Assembly (NCBI GenBank): GCA_036558285.1
Contig: DATBFW010000133.1
Coordinates: 102-64,101, forward strand
DNA from: Mycobacteriales bacterium
GTDB lineage: Bacteria > Actinomycetota > Actinomycetes > Mycobacteriales > CADCTP01
DNA length: 64,000 nt
Direction: 5' to 3'
Both the position numbers and the translations under genes were made by a program. Positions 38,315-47,409 of this stretch are shown here, one piece after another; positions within the stretch are counted from its first letter, which is position 1, and each line of letters opens with the position of its first letter. The notes beneath the pieces were generated by a model, which was given only the letters and a program-made list of their open reading frames with translations, was not told the DNA's origin and did no database searches.

Positions 38315-39235
38315 TCAGTCGCCGGCCGCCTCGCGGACCGTCCGCAGCTCCTCGCGCAGCCGCATCGGTACCAGCTCGAGCAGCTGGTCCGGCTTCAGCG
38401 GCAGGTCGAGCAGGCTGAGCTTGACCCGGCTGCGGGCGATGTGGGTGTCGGCGTCGAGCCGGACCACGCTGACCGCGTCCGGGTGCAGCCGGACGGTCAG
38501 CGTCGTACCCGGGGCCAGGCTGCCCGAGATCGCGCCGTCGACGACGTACCGGAGCGGGATGTCGGCGCCGCCTACGCCGACCACGTCGGCGCCGCCGAGC
38601 ACGACCGGGCGGCTGATCCCGGCCATGGGCGCGACCGGGGTCAGCGTGATCGACGGCGCGGACGGCGACACGATCGGCCCGCCGGCCGCGTAGTTGTACG
38701 CGGTGGACCCGGTCGGCGTGCACGCGATCACGGCGTCCCCGCGGTAATAGCCGTGCCGCGAGCCGTTCACGAACAGGTCGGCGGTGAGCGAGCCCCACGG
38801 CTCGGCCGCAGTGAGCACCACGTCGTTGAACGCGACGGTCGCCTCGCCGCTCTCCGGGCAGAACGCGTCGAGGCAGCTGTGCGGCTCGAGCGTGAACCGG
38901 CCGTCGACCAGCCGGTTCAACGCGTCGGGCAGCTCGGCCGGGGTCACCTCGACGAGGAACCCGACGTTGCCGTGGTTGACCCCGAGCACCGGCACCGGCC
39001 GGCCGACGACCAGCCGCATCGCGCCGAGCATGGTCCCGTCGCCACCGAGCGCGACGATCGCGTCGACCCGGTCGACGAACGAGTCCTCCGGCACCAGCGC
39101 CACGGCCGGACCGACCCGCTCGGCGTCGGCCTCCCGGGCGATCAGCCTTCGTCCCTCCCGGTGGGCGAACTCGGTGAGCACCCGTATCGAGTCGCCGACG
39201 GGGTTGCTCGGATGGACGACGAGACCGATCTCCAT
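38315..39235 (-). CDS. nadK: NAD kinase
   Basis: 306-aa ORF with GGDGTMLGA, NHGNVGFL and CTPTGSTAYNYAAGGP motifs. Confidence 0.9.
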   Translation of the reverse strand: MEIGLVVHPSNPVGDSIRVLTEFAHREGRRLIAREADAERVGPAVALVPEDSFVDRVDAIVALGGDGTMLGAMRLVVGRPVPVLGVNHGNVGFLVEVTPAELPDALNRLVDGRFTLEPHSCLDAFCPESGEATVAFNDVVLTAAEPWGSLTADLFVNGSRHGYYRGDAVIACTPTGSTAYNYAAGGPIVSPSAPSITLTPVAPMAGISRPVVLGGADVVGVGGADIPLRYVVDGAISGSLAPGTTLTVRLHPDAVSVVRLDADTHIARSRVKLSLLDLPLKPDQLLELVPMRLREELRTVREAAGD

Positions 39236-39239
39236 CCGC

Positions 39240-39839
39240 TCAGTCTGCCGCCGCCCGCAGCGCCTCTTCCGCCAACCCGGACAGCAGCGCGGCGGTCCTG
39301 GCCGTGCTCAGCCCGCGACCGCGGGTCAGGTCGTCGTACGCGGCGAAGCCGGTCAGCAGCCAGAGCACGTCCACCGCGCGCTCCGGGTCGGGCAGGTCGA
39401 GCCGGCCCACCATCCGGGTCAGCAGCCGTAGCCGGCCGGCATCGTGTCCGGCCAGCAGGTCCGCCGCCTGCGGATCGGTCACCGCGAACGCGATGATGCT
39501 GCGGGCCAGCGCCGGGTCGGTCGACCAGTACCGGCAGCCGGCGGTGACCACGTCCCGGACCAGCGTCGTCACCGGGCCGGTCTCGATCAGCTCAGCCAGC
39601 GCCGCGAGCCCGGCTCGCTGCTCGTAGTCCTCGACCACCGCCCCCAGCACGCCGAGCTTGGAGCCGAACTGGTGGTAGACGGTCGCGCGGGCCACGTCCG
39701 CCCGGCGGGCGATTTCGTCCAGCGAGACCCGGTGGAAGCCGGACTCGGCGAACAGCGGCCGGGCAGCGCCGACGACCTTCTCCCTCGTCTCGGCCACCGC
39801 GGCGGTGCGGGCACCCAGGTTGTACGGCCGCGGGCTCAT
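39240..39839 (-). CDS. TetR/AcrR family transcriptional regulator
   Basis: HTH VSLDEIARRADVARATVYHQFGSK. Start ATG 39839 or 39854. Confidence 0.9.
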   Translation of the reverse strand: MSPRPYNLGARTAAVAETREKVVGAARPLFAESGFHRVSLDEIARRADVARATVYHQFGSKLGVLGAVVEDYEQRAGLAALAELIETGPVTTLVRDVVTAGCRYWSTDPALARSIIAFAVTDPQAADLLAGHDAGRLRLLTRMVGRLDLPDPERAVDVLWLLTGFAAYDDLTRGRGLSTARTAALLSGLAEEALRAAAD

Positions 39840-39896
39840 TGACGGCCGCAGCAATCACTCATACTGTCAGTCTAATCAAATTACGGGGAGGTCACT

Positions 39897-40400
39897 GTGC
39901 GCAGGTCAACCTGGGTGGTCGGGCTGGGTGTCGTCGCGGTCGTCGTCGCCGGCGCGGTCTCGGCATCGGCGGCTCCCACCGCCGCGACACCCGCGCAGTC
40001 CACCGCGAAGGGCACCGTGCTGCGGTACGACATCGCGTTCCGCCCGTTCCAGGAGAACTTCGTCGACGTCGGCACGCCCGGCGCCGGGATCGGCGACATG
40101 CTCGTCTTCCAGGACCGCATCCTCGACCACGGCCGCCAGGTCGGCGTCCAGGGCGGCACCTGCACGATCACCGCGCTGCTCGACGGTGGCCACTTCCAGA
40201 CCCACTGCGTCGGCACGGTCAGCCTCGCCGCCGGCCAGATCGCCTTCCAGGGCCTGGTCACGGACGCGCCGGACAAGCACATGGCGGTCGTCGGCGGCAC
40301 CGGGCGCTACCGGGACGCGGGCGGCGAGCTGACCGTGCTCGAGCTCGGCAACGACGTCGGGACACTGACCGTCAGGCTGACGGCCCACAGCGGGCGGTAG
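39897..40400 (+). CDS. secreted dirigent / allene-oxide-cyclase-barrel-like protein
   Basis: 167-aa ORF (GTG start, RBS GGGGAGG). Signal peptide ...VVVAGAVSASAAP, GDMLVFQDRILD, AVVGGTGRYRDAGG. Confidence 0.65.
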   Translation: MRRSTWVVGLGVVAVVVAGAVSASAAPTAATPAQSTAKGTVLRYDIAFRPFQENFVDVGTPGAGIGDMLVFQDRILDHGRQVGVQGGTCTITALLDGGHFQTHCVGTVSLAAGQIAFQGLVTDAPDKHMAVVGGTGRYRDAGGELTVLELGNDVGTLTVRLTAHSGR

Positions 40401-40412
40401 CAGGATGGGCGG

Positions 40413-41096
40413 GTGCCCGACCGCCTGCTGCTCGTCGAGGACGACCCTCGCATCCGCACCGCGCTCGGCCTCGGCCTGGTCGATCAGGGCTACGAGGTGG
40501 TCGAGGCCGGCTCGGGGGAGGCCGCGCTCAAGCTGATCAAGCAGGACGACTTCGACGTCGTGCTGCTCGACCTGATGCTGCCCGGGATGGACGGCTTCGC
40601 CGTCTGCCGGACCGTACGGTCGCAGGGCGACCTGCCGATCATCGTGATCACCGCGCGGTCCGGGTCGGAGGACGTGATCCGCGGGCTGGAGGCCGGCGCC
40701 GACGACTACGTGACCAAGCCGGTGGTGGCCAGCGAGCTGGCCGCGCGGGTGCGGGCGCTGCTGCGCCGGGCCCGGCCGCCGGTGCCGACCGTGCTCGCCG
40801 CCGGCGACGTCAAGATCCATCCCGACCGCGGGGTCGCCACCCGCCGCGGCGACGACCTGCACCTCACCCTGACCGAACTGCGGCTGCTGGCCGAGCTGGC
40901 CGCGGCCGGCGGCCGGGTGGTCACCCGCGAGCAGCTGCTGGAGCGGGTCTGGGGCTACGACTACTTCGGCGACACCAGGCTGCTGGACGTGCACGTGCGG
41001 CGGCTGCGTCGGAAGGTGGAGGACGACCCGAGCGCGCCGCGGCTGGTGCTCACCGTCCGCGGCGTCGGCTACCGGCTGGCCGGGCGGGACGAATGA
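40413..41096 (+). CDS. OmpR-family response regulator
   Basis: 227-aa ORF. LLLVEDDPRI, DVVLLDLMLPGMDG, winged-helix LTLTELRLLAELA...TVRGVGYRL. Confidence 0.95.
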   Translation: MPDRLLLVEDDPRIRTALGLGLVDQGYEVVEAGSGEAALKLIKQDDFDVVLLDLMLPGMDGFAVCRTVRSQGDLPIIVITARSGSEDVIRGLEAGADDYVTKPVVASELAARVRALLRRARPPVPTVLAAGDVKIHPDRGVATRRGDDLHLTLTELRLLAELAAAGGRVVTREQLLERVWGYDYFGDTRLLDVHVRRLRRKVEDDPSAPRLVLTVRGVGYRLAGRDE

Positions 41097-42472
41097 GACC
41101 GCTGGCGCGGGTGCCGGTCCGGCACCGCGTGGTCGCCGCCTTCGCGCTCGGCTCGGTCGCGGTCTCGGCCGTGGTCGCCGTCGCCACCTGGAACCTCACC
41201 ACCGGCTACATGCTCCAGCAGCGCGAGCAGAGCGTGAGCCGGCAGGCACTGGTCAACGCGCGGCTGGTGGACACCCGGCTGACCAGCGGTTCGTCCGACC
41301 TCGGCGCGCTGCTGACCGGCCTGGCGTCCTCGCCGGAAGCCGCGATCTTCGTCCGGCAGCCGGACGGCTGGATCGCCGGCGGCACGGCGACGGACAACAT
41401 CGACGTCGCCGACATGCCGCCGGCACTGATCGCCGCGGCCGACCGGGGCGACATCGCCCGGCAGCGGCTGCGGGTCGGCGGTGCGCCGCTGGTCGCGGTG
41501 GCGATGAAGCTGCCCGACTCCCAGGCCTCGTACGTCGAGGTGTTCCCGCTGCGCGACCTTGATCGGATCTTCCGGTTCATCAGCCTGATGCTGCTCGGCG
41601 GTGTGCTGGTCAGCGGGCTGCTCGGCGGCTCGATCGGCTGGTGGGCCAGCCGCAGGGTGCTGCGCCCGCTGACCGAGCTGACCGCGGCCGCGGCCCGCAT
41701 CGCGCACGGTGACCTGTCCACCCGGCTGCCCGAGCGAGACGACAAGGACCTCGGGCCGATCGCGGCGGCGTTCAACGAGACCGCCGGCGACCTGCAGGAG
41801 CGGGTGGCCCGGGACGCCCGGTTCGCTTCCGACGTCAGCCATGAGCTGCGCTCGCCGGTGACCACGATGGCCGCGGCGATGGAGGTGCTGGTCCGCCGCC
41901 GGGGCGAGGTCTCGCCGGCCGCCCGGCATGCGATCGACCTGCTCGACGCCGACCTGCGCCGGTTCCGCCGGCTGGTCGGCGACCTGCTGGAGATCTCCCG
42001 GGTCGACCAGGGCGCGTTCCGGCTGTCCGCGGAGCGGCTCGACCTCGCCGAGCTGGCCCGGTATGTGGTGGCCCGGTCGTCGACGGGGGATCGGGTGGTG
42101 CCGGTGGAGGCGGCCGGGCCGGTGCCGGTGTTGGGCGACCGGCGCCGGCTGGAGCAGGTGGTGTCCAACCTGGTGGACAACGCCGAGGGACACGGTCGCG
42201 GGCTGGTCCGGGTTGCGGTCTGTCAGGCCGACCGGGTGGCCCGGCTGGAGGTGGACGACGCCGGGCCGGGCGTGCCGGTGGCCGACCGGGACCGGATCTT
42301 CGAGCGGTTCGCCCGGGTGTCGGATCGGGACCGGCGGATCGAGGACACCGGCAGCGGTCTCGGGCTGGCGCTGGTCGCGCAGCACGTGCGGCTGCACTCC
42401 GGCCGGGTCTGGGTGACCGACCGGCCCGGTGGCGGCGCCCGGTTCGTGGTCGAGCTGGGCGGCGACGAATGA
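41093..42472 (+). CDS. sensor histidine kinase (HAMP-HisKA-HATPase)
   Basis: ATG 41093 overlaps the regulator stop (ATGA). H-box SHELRSP, N/G boxes NLVDNAEGH, DDAGPGVP, GSGLGLAL. Two TM helices. Confidence 0.9.
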   Translation: MRPLARVPVRHRVVAAFALGSVAVSAVVAVATWNLTTGYMLQQREQSVSRQALVNARLVDTRLTSGSSDLGALLTGLASSPEAAIFVRQPDGWIAGGTATDNIDVADMPPALIAAADRGDIARQRLRVGGAPLVAVAMKLPDSQASYVEVFPLRDLDRIFRFISLMLLGGVLVSGLLGGSIGWWASRRVLRPLTELTAAAARIAHGDLSTRLPERDDKDLGPIAAAFNETAGDLQERVARDARFASDVSHELRSPVTTMAAAMEVLVRRRGEVSPAARHAIDLLDADLRRFRRLVGDLLEISRVDQGAFRLSAERLDLAELARYVVARSSTGDRVVPVEAAGPVPVLGDRRRLEQVVSNLVDNAEGHGRGLVRVAVCQADRVARLEVDDAGPGVPVADRDRIFERFARVSDRDRRIEDTGSGLGLALVAQHVRLHSGRVWVTDRPGGGARFVVELGGDE

Positions 42473-42795
42473 GCCGGCCGATCACCCGGCCGATCACCCG
42501 GCCGATCACCCGGCGGATCACCCGGCGGATCACCCGGCGGATCACCCGGCGGATTACCCGGCGGATGGGCCGGCGGATCAGCCGGCGGATGACCCGGCCG
42601 ATGACCCGGCGGGGCCTGGTCGGCCTGCTGGCCGCCGGGCTGGTCGCCGCCGCGGCTGCCGGGTGCGGGGTCAAGGCACAGGACCAGCCGGAGATCCTCC
42701 GGTCGCCCCCCGCTCCTCCGACGGCGACGCCGACCGCGACCGAACGCCCGACGGTGTCCCCATCCTCGACCAGGGCTGCGACCCGTACGCCCTGA
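42469..42795 (+). CDS. small putative lipoprotein with repeat-encoded Arg-rich signal-peptide n-region
   Basis: ATG 42469 overlaps the kinase stop (ATGA). MS(RPIT)3(RRIT)4RRMGRRISRRMTRPMTRRGLVGLLAAGLVAAAAAGC (lipobox) followed by a 43-aa P/T/A-rich tail. Confidence 0.55.
   Translation: MSRPITRPITRPITRRITRRITRRITRRITRRMGRRISRRMTRPMTRRGLVGLLAAGLVAAAAAGCGVKAQDQPEILRSPPAPPTATPTATERPTVSPSSTRAATRTP
42474..42605. repeat. 12-nt tandem repeat, 11 copies (VNTR)
   Basis: ccggccgatcac x3, ccggcggatcac x3, then ccggcggattac, ccggcggatggg, ccggcggatcag, ccggcggatgac, ccggccgatgac. Degenerate 12th copy to 42617. Confidence 0.95.
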
Positions 42796-42900
42796 CCAGA
42801 GAGGTTGTCAGGCAACTGTCAGACGGTGGCGGCGCAAGGCCGGTCGGACCGGGGGATCGTGGTCAGGTCAGTTGCCCGCGCTGTCGAGGAGGCCGACCCG

Positions 42901-43263
42901 GTGACGCCCACCGCATCCGCTGCGCCGCACTTCGTCGTCGACGCGCGCCGGACCGGGACGACCGAGCTGGTGCAGGTCCGCGGCGACGTGGACATCGCGA
43001 CGGCCCCGCTGCTGCGGGCGGTGCTCGACACCGTGGTCGGCCGCCGCCCGACCCGGGTCGAGGTGGACCTGTCCGGAGCGACGTTCATGGACGCGCACGC
43101 GCTCACCACGCTGATCGCGGTGCGCCGCCGGCTGGCCGGCCGGCACGCCGCGCTGGTGCTGCGCGACCCGAGCCCGGTGGTCGCCCGGCTGCTGGAGCTG
43201 TCCGGGACGGAACACGGCTTCGAGATCGCGACCGGCCCGGCCGACGTGCGCCGGGCGGGTTGA
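42901..43263 (+). CDS. STAS-domain anti-sigma-factor antagonist
   Basis: ORF 42805..43263, likely GTG 42901. VQVRGDVDIATAPLLRAVL, VEVDLSGATFMDAHALTTL, VVARLLELSG. Confidence 0.8.
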   Translation: MTPTASAAPHFVVDARRTGTTELVQVRGDVDIATAPLLRAVLDTVVGRRPTRVEVDLSGATFMDAHALTTLIAVRRRLAGRHAALVLRDPSPVVARLLELSGTEHGFEIATGPADVRRAG

Positions 43264-43267
43264 CGAC

Positions 43268-43299
43268 GGCCGGCCGGTACGACGGGGTGCCGGCCGGCC
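43268..43299. terminator. bidirectional GC hairpin between convergent genes
   Basis: ggccggccgg-12 nt-ccggccggcc: perfect 10-bp stem. Confidence 0.55.
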
Positions 43300-43311
43300 G
43301 GTCCAACCGGC

Positions 43312-44016
43312 TCAGTAGTCCTCGATCTCCTCGCTGCCGACCTCGACCACGCCGTCCACGTCGTTGAGCGCGGCGATCAGGGCGGTCGCCGCGCCCTCGC
43401 CCTGCAGTTCCAGCCGGACCCGCACCAGCGGCGGGCCGTCCACCCCGACCGGGGCGCCCGCCGGCCGGGTCTCCACCCTGGTCACCGCCCAACCGGAGTC
43501 CGTGCAGGTGCGCAGCAGCCCCCGGAGCACACCCTGCCCGTCGACGTACGTGCAGGACAGCACCGCGTTGGCCGGCTGGCGCCCGGCCAGCCGGCGGGCC
43601 AGCGGGGTCAGCCCGTAGAGCACGGTGAAGTGGCCGGCGGTGCAGAGCACGGCGAGCAGCGGCAGGCCGGCCGCCGCGGCCGCCCCGATCGCCGCGGTGA
43701 GCCAGATCGTCGCCGCGGTGGTCAGCCCGCGCACCGAGCCGCGCTGCACGAAGATCAGCCCGGCTCCGATGAACCCGAGTCCGGAGACGATCTGAGCGGC
43801 GACCCGGGACGGGTCGACGACGACCTGACCGGGCACCACGACGTTCTGGAAGCCGTACTTGCTGATCAGAAGCCACAGCGCGGATCCGAGGCCGACGATC
43901 GTGTGGGTGCGCAGCCCGGCGGACTTCTGCCGCAGCTGCCGCTCCAGCCCGATCGCCGCCGACAGCACGAACGCGAGGGCAAGCTCGCCGACCTGGAGCC
44001 AACCCTGGCCGTTCAC
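43312..44016 (-). CDS. MgtC/SapB family membrane protein
   Basis: 234-aa ORF. AAIGLERQLRQKSAGLRTHTIVGLGSAL, GFIGAGLIF, TTAATIWLTAAIG. Confidence 0.9.
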   Translation of the reverse strand: MNGQGWLQVGELALAFVLSAAIGLERQLRQKSAGLRTHTIVGLGSALWLLISKYGFQNVVVPGQVVVDPSRVAAQIVSGLGFIGAGLIFVQRGSVRGLTTAATIWLTAAIGAAAAAGLPLLAVLCTAGHFTVLYGLTPLARRLAGRQPANAVLSCTYVDGQGVLRGLLRTCTDSGWAVTRVETRPAGAPVGVDGPPLVRVRLELQGEGAATALIAALNDVDGVVEVGSEEIEDY

Positions 44017-44099
44017 CTTGAGGACACTATCCGTTCACCTCGGCGGTGATGTCGGCGGCCGGTGGGAACCGTCGCCGGCCGGCGTGCGACCGTGGTGAT

Positions 44100-45062
44100 G
44101 TGACCCTTCCGCCGCTGGAGCCCGGGCAGCTGATCGGGCAGGCGCAGGTCCGGCCCGGCGTGCTCGCCGCGGTGGTCCTGGTCGCGGTCGGCTACCTGGT
44201 GGCGGCCCGGCGGGTGCCGGGCTGGAAGCTCGGCCGCACCGCCGCGTTCCTCGGCGGCCTGGTCGTCGTGCTGATCGCCACCTGCAGCGGCATCGAGGCG
44301 TACGGGCACGTGCTCGAGTGGATGCACATGATCGAGCACCTGCTGCTGATCATGGTGGCGCCGGTGCTGCTGGCGATCGGCTCGCCGCTGCAGTTGGTCG
44401 CCGAGGCGCTGCCGCCCCGGTCGGCGGCGGGCTGGCGGGCGTTCCTGGAGCGGCCGGTGGTCAGCTGGCTCACCTCACCGCCGTTCGCGGCGGCGTTCTA
44501 TGCGATCTGCGTGATCGGCGTGCACCTCACCGGCCTGATGGACCGCGCGATGGCCGACGACGGCGTCCACGTCGCCGAGGAGCTGGCCTACCTGCTGGCC
44601 GGGATGCTGCTGTTCCAGCTCGTGCTGGGGCAGCGGCCGGGTCCGTGGCAGCTGTCCGGCGGTGCCCGGATGGCGCTGCTCGCGATCGTCACGCCGGTCG
44701 ACACGCTCGTCGGCGTGGTGCTGCTGCAGACCGGCACGGTCGCCGGCGGGATCGGCGTGGACGAGCACACCCATCCGCGGCCGGACTGGGCGCTGTCCGC
44801 CGCCGCGGACACCGCCGCGGCCGGCACCACGATGTGGATCGCCGGCACCGGGATCATGGGTCTGGTCATGCTGGGGGTCGGCCTGATCTGGCTGCACGGC
44901 CGCGGGCCGGCGCCGGAGAAGCCGGGCTGGACCGAGCGGGCCAGGGCGGCGACGCTGGCCGAGCGCACCGGCGAGCCGGAGCAGCTCGACATCGACGACG
45001 ACGAGGCGGCGCTCGAGGCGTACAACCGGTGGCTGGCCAAGATGGCCGAGCGGGACCGGTAG
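44100..45062 (+). CDS. cytochrome c oxidase assembly factor CtaG-like (Caa3_CtaG family) membrane protein
   Basis: ORF 44046..45062, likely GTG 44100. WKLGRTAAFLGGLVVVLIATCSGIEAY...MHMIEHLLLIMVAPVLLAIGSP. Confidence 0.75.
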   Translation: MTLPPLEPGQLIGQAQVRPGVLAAVVLVAVGYLVAARRVPGWKLGRTAAFLGGLVVVLIATCSGIEAYGHVLEWMHMIEHLLLIMVAPVLLAIGSPLQLVAEALPPRSAAGWRAFLERPVVSWLTSPPFAAAFYAICVIGVHLTGLMDRAMADDGVHVAEELAYLLAGMLLFQLVLGQRPGPWQLSGGARMALLAIVTPVDTLVGVVLLQTGTVAGGIGVDEHTHPRPDWALSAAADTAAAGTTMWIAGTGIMGLVMLGVGLIWLHGRGPAPEKPGWTERARAATLAERTGEPEQLDIDDDEAALEAYNRWLAKMAERDR

Positions 45063-45803
45063 CTACAGCGCCCCGCCGCCGCCGTCCACGCCGATGCGCT
45101 GGCCGTTGACGTACGAGGCGCCGTCCGAGACCAGCCAGCCGACCACAGCCGCGACGTCGTCCGGCCGGCACACCCGCCCGTACGGGAAGCGGATGTCGAG
45201 GTCGGCCGCCATGGTCACGCCGGCCACGGCGCGGGCCAGCCGGTCGCCCATGTCGGTGACGACGAGCCCGGGCGCGACGATGTTGGTGCGGATGCCGTGC
45301 GGCTGCTCCTCGACCGCCAGCGTCCGGCCGAGCGCCTCCAGCGCCACCTTGCCCATCATGTACGGCGCGCCGCCGGGCATGACTCGCGCCGCGTTGACGC
45401 TGGAGATCAGCACCACGTCGCCGCGGTCGAGCCGGCGCATCTGCGGCAGCACCGCCTGGCACAGCCAGAACGGCCCGTACGCCAGCGTCCGCATCACCCG
45501 GTCCAGCTCGTCCGGGTCGGTCTCGACGACGACGTTGCCGCGGCTCGCGATGCCGGCGTTGCAGACCAGCACGTCGACCCGGCCGAAGTCGACGAGCACG
45601 GCCTCGGCCAGCCCGGTGCATCCGGCCCGCTCGGCCACCGACGCCTGGTAGGCCCGGCCGCCGATCTCGGCCGCGGTCGCCTCGGCCGCCGCCCGGTCGC
45701 GCCGGTAGTTCACGGCGACCGCGAACCCGTCGGCGGCCAGCCGCCGGCTGATCGCCCGCCCGATGCCGCGCCCGCCGCCGGTCACCAACGCCACCCGAGT
45801 CAT
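45063..45803 (-). CDS. SDR family oxidoreductase (FabG-like)
   Basis: 246-aa ORF. ALVTGGGRGIGRA, NAGI, YMMGK catalytic pair region. Confidence 0.9.
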   Translation of the reverse strand: MTRVALVTGGGRGIGRAISRRLAADGFAVAVNYRRDRAAAEATAAEIGGRAYQASVAERAGCTGLAEAVLVDFGRVDVLVCNAGIASRGNVVVETDPDELDRVMRTLAYGPFWLCQAVLPQMRRLDRGDVVLISSVNAARVMPGGAPYMMGKVALEALGRTLAVEEQPHGIRTNIVAPGLVVTDMGDRLARAVAGVTMAADLDIRFPYGRVCRPDDVAAVVGWLVSDGASYVNGQRIGVDGGGGAL

Positions 45804-45859
45804 GCCGCCACTCTGCCGCCCGGCGCGTTCGGGCGGAACGGCCGGGGGATCATGGGGCC

Positions 45860-46192
45860 GTGACCGAGCTCTGGCATCTGGCCGAGGGACCGGAGTGGGC
45901 GCGGGCGCTGCGGACCGGGTCGTACGAGCGGTCGACCCGCGGGCAGAGCCTGGCCGACGTCGGCTTCATGCACTGCTCGTACCCGGACCAGCTGGCCGGC
46001 GTCGCCGCGGCCTTCTACGCCGACGTCGACGAGCTGCTCCTGCTGCGCATCGACCCGGCCCTGGTGCCGGCCGAGATCAAGGTCGAGGACGGGTTCCCGC
46101 ATATCTACGGCCCGATCCCGATCGCGGCCGTCACCGCGGTCGAGCCGCTGACCCGCGACCCGACCGGCCGGCTCCTGCTCCCGGAGGCCTAG
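45860..46192 (+). CDS. DUF952 domain protein
   Basis: 110-aa ORF (GTG start). GFMHCSYPDQL...LLLLRID...FPHIYGPIP. Confidence 0.8.
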   Translation: MTELWHLAEGPEWARALRTGSYERSTRGQSLADVGFMHCSYPDQLAGVAAAFYADVDELLLLRIDPALVPAEIKVEDGFPHIYGPIPIAAVTAVEPLTRDPTGRLLLPEA

Positions 46193-47361
46193 AGACCCAG
46201 CTTCTCCGCCGCGGCGCGGGTCCCCTCCACCCGGTTGGCGATCTTCTGGAACGCGACGTCCCTGGCGTAGTCCGGCGACCCGTGCGACGGTTTCTCGTCG
46301 ATCGAGAACGGCGAGAACCCGCAGTCGTCGGTCGAGCCGAGCCGCTCCTTCGGGATGAAGTTCGCCGCCCGGACCAGCTGGTCGCGGACCTCATCCGCCC
46401 CCTCGGCGCGCGGCATGACCGGCGAGATCACGCCGACGTAGCACATCTGCGGCACCCCGTTGGCGTCGTCCCGGCTGTGCTCGCCCACCAGCTGGTAGAC
46501 CGGATCCCGGTCCCGCTCGCTGGCCAGCTGCATGAGGAAGTAGCCGGCGTTCAGCTGGAACATCGACGGCAGCAGGTCGCTGTACGGCACGTCCGCGCTG
46601 TGCACCGAGTCCCGGTCGCCCCCGGGGCACGTGTGCACCCCGATGTTGCGGCGTTCCTCGGCGCTGAACCGGTCGAACACCCGGTTGTCCAGCTCGATGA
46701 AGTGGCCGAGCATGCCCCGGCCGGTCCACGGGTTGCGCGGGTCGGCGCGGGTGGCCAGCCGGCCCTCGGTGAAGTCCATCGACACGTGCGCGGCGCCGGC
46801 CTCGAACGCCCGGCGGATGTCCTGCTCGCACTGGTCGACGAGGTCGTCCTCGAACTGCTGGCGTGGGTAGTCGGGCACCTCGTCGTCGAGCGGGTAGAGC
46901 AGCAGCAGCATCGAGGGTGCGATCACCGCCTGCTTCATCGGCCGGTGCGCGTACCCGATCGAGCGGGTCAGCGAGTCGGCGGCGAAGTTCTTATACCGGA
47001 ACGGGCCGCCGACCAGCTTCGGCAGCTGCCGGTTGTGCCCGTCGGAGAAGATCGCGAAGAACTGGCCGCCGGTCGGCTCGAGGTGGTCGGCCAGGCCGGT
47101 GCCGCCGAGCGTGTCGGTCACGGGGTACGTCGCGAAGCTCGACCAGCGTTGCTCGCCGTCGGAGATGATCGGTGAGCCGGTCGCCTCGAACCGTTCGATC
47201 GAGTCCCGGACGGCGGCGTCCTGCTCCGTCTCGAGCTGGTCCTTGCCGATCTTGCCGGCGTCGTAGTCCGCGTACGCCGCCTGGAGCCGGGCCGGTCGGG
47301 GGAGCGAGCCGACCGGTTCGGTCGGAATCCCGGTGCCTGCCCGCGGGTCGAAGTCGGTCAT
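46189..47361 (-). CDS. cobalamin-independent methionine synthase II family (MetE C-terminal-like) protein
   Basis: 390-aa ORF. PTEPVGSLPRP, IISDGEQRW, GVHTCPGGD, LGSTDDCGFSPF. Confidence 0.8.
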   Translation of the reverse strand: MTDFDPRAGTGIPTEPVGSLPRPARLQAAYADYDAGKIGKDQLETEQDAAVRDSIERFEATGSPIISDGEQRWSSFATYPVTDTLGGTGLADHLEPTGGQFFAIFSDGHNRQLPKLVGGPFRYKNFAADSLTRSIGYAHRPMKQAVIAPSMLLLLYPLDDEVPDYPRQQFEDDLVDQCEQDIRRAFEAGAAHVSMDFTEGRLATRADPRNPWTGRGMLGHFIELDNRVFDRFSAEERRNIGVHTCPGGDRDSVHSADVPYSDLLPSMFQLNAGYFLMQLASERDRDPVYQLVGEHSRDDANGVPQMCYVGVISPVMPRAEGADEVRDQLVRAANFIPKERLGSTDDCGFSPFSIDEKPSHGSPDYARDVAFQKIANRVEGTRAAAEKLGL

Positions 47362-47382
47362 GCCGTCGTCTCCTCGCTACGA

Positions 47383-47402
47383 GTTGTGAGACGCGTCACA
47401 AC
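47383..47402. promoter_or_regulatory. candidate operator palindrome GTTGTGA-N6-TCACAAC
   Basis: Perfect 7-bp inverted arms about 20-40 nt upstream of the 47361 start codon and its GAGGAG RBS. Confidence 0.4.
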
Positions 47403-47409
47403 CTATCGG

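Noticed and set aside
39839-41092. N-terminal 418 aa of the 877-aa ORF 39839..42472.
   Set aside because: It is a shadow reading across the dirigent-like and response-regulator genes. The kinase begins at ATG 41093 (ATGA overlap).
42474-42617. Possible CRISPR array. The repeats at 56251-56366 and 29608-29719 were considered in the same way.
   Set aside because: The units are directly contiguous with no spacers. Unit lengths (12, 29 and 56 nt) and copy numbers do not fit a repeat-spacer architecture. No cas genes are present in the window.
42700-42795. Alternative frame at the end of the mini-lipoprotein gene (…TPDGVPILDQGCDPYALTREVV…) with even higher GC3. This hints at a frameshifted remnant of a GerMN/LpqB-like lipoprotein.
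   Set aside because: That frame has no stop before 43367 and would run through the STAS gene. The similarity to GerMN-type sequences is only my impression over about 15 residues. I keep it as a remark, not a call.
40413-42795. Naming the two-component system mtrA-mtrB-lpqB.
   Set aside because: The third gene encodes only 108 aa rather than an LpqB-size (~580 aa) protein. I cannot verify orthology without a search, so I left the gene symbols empty.
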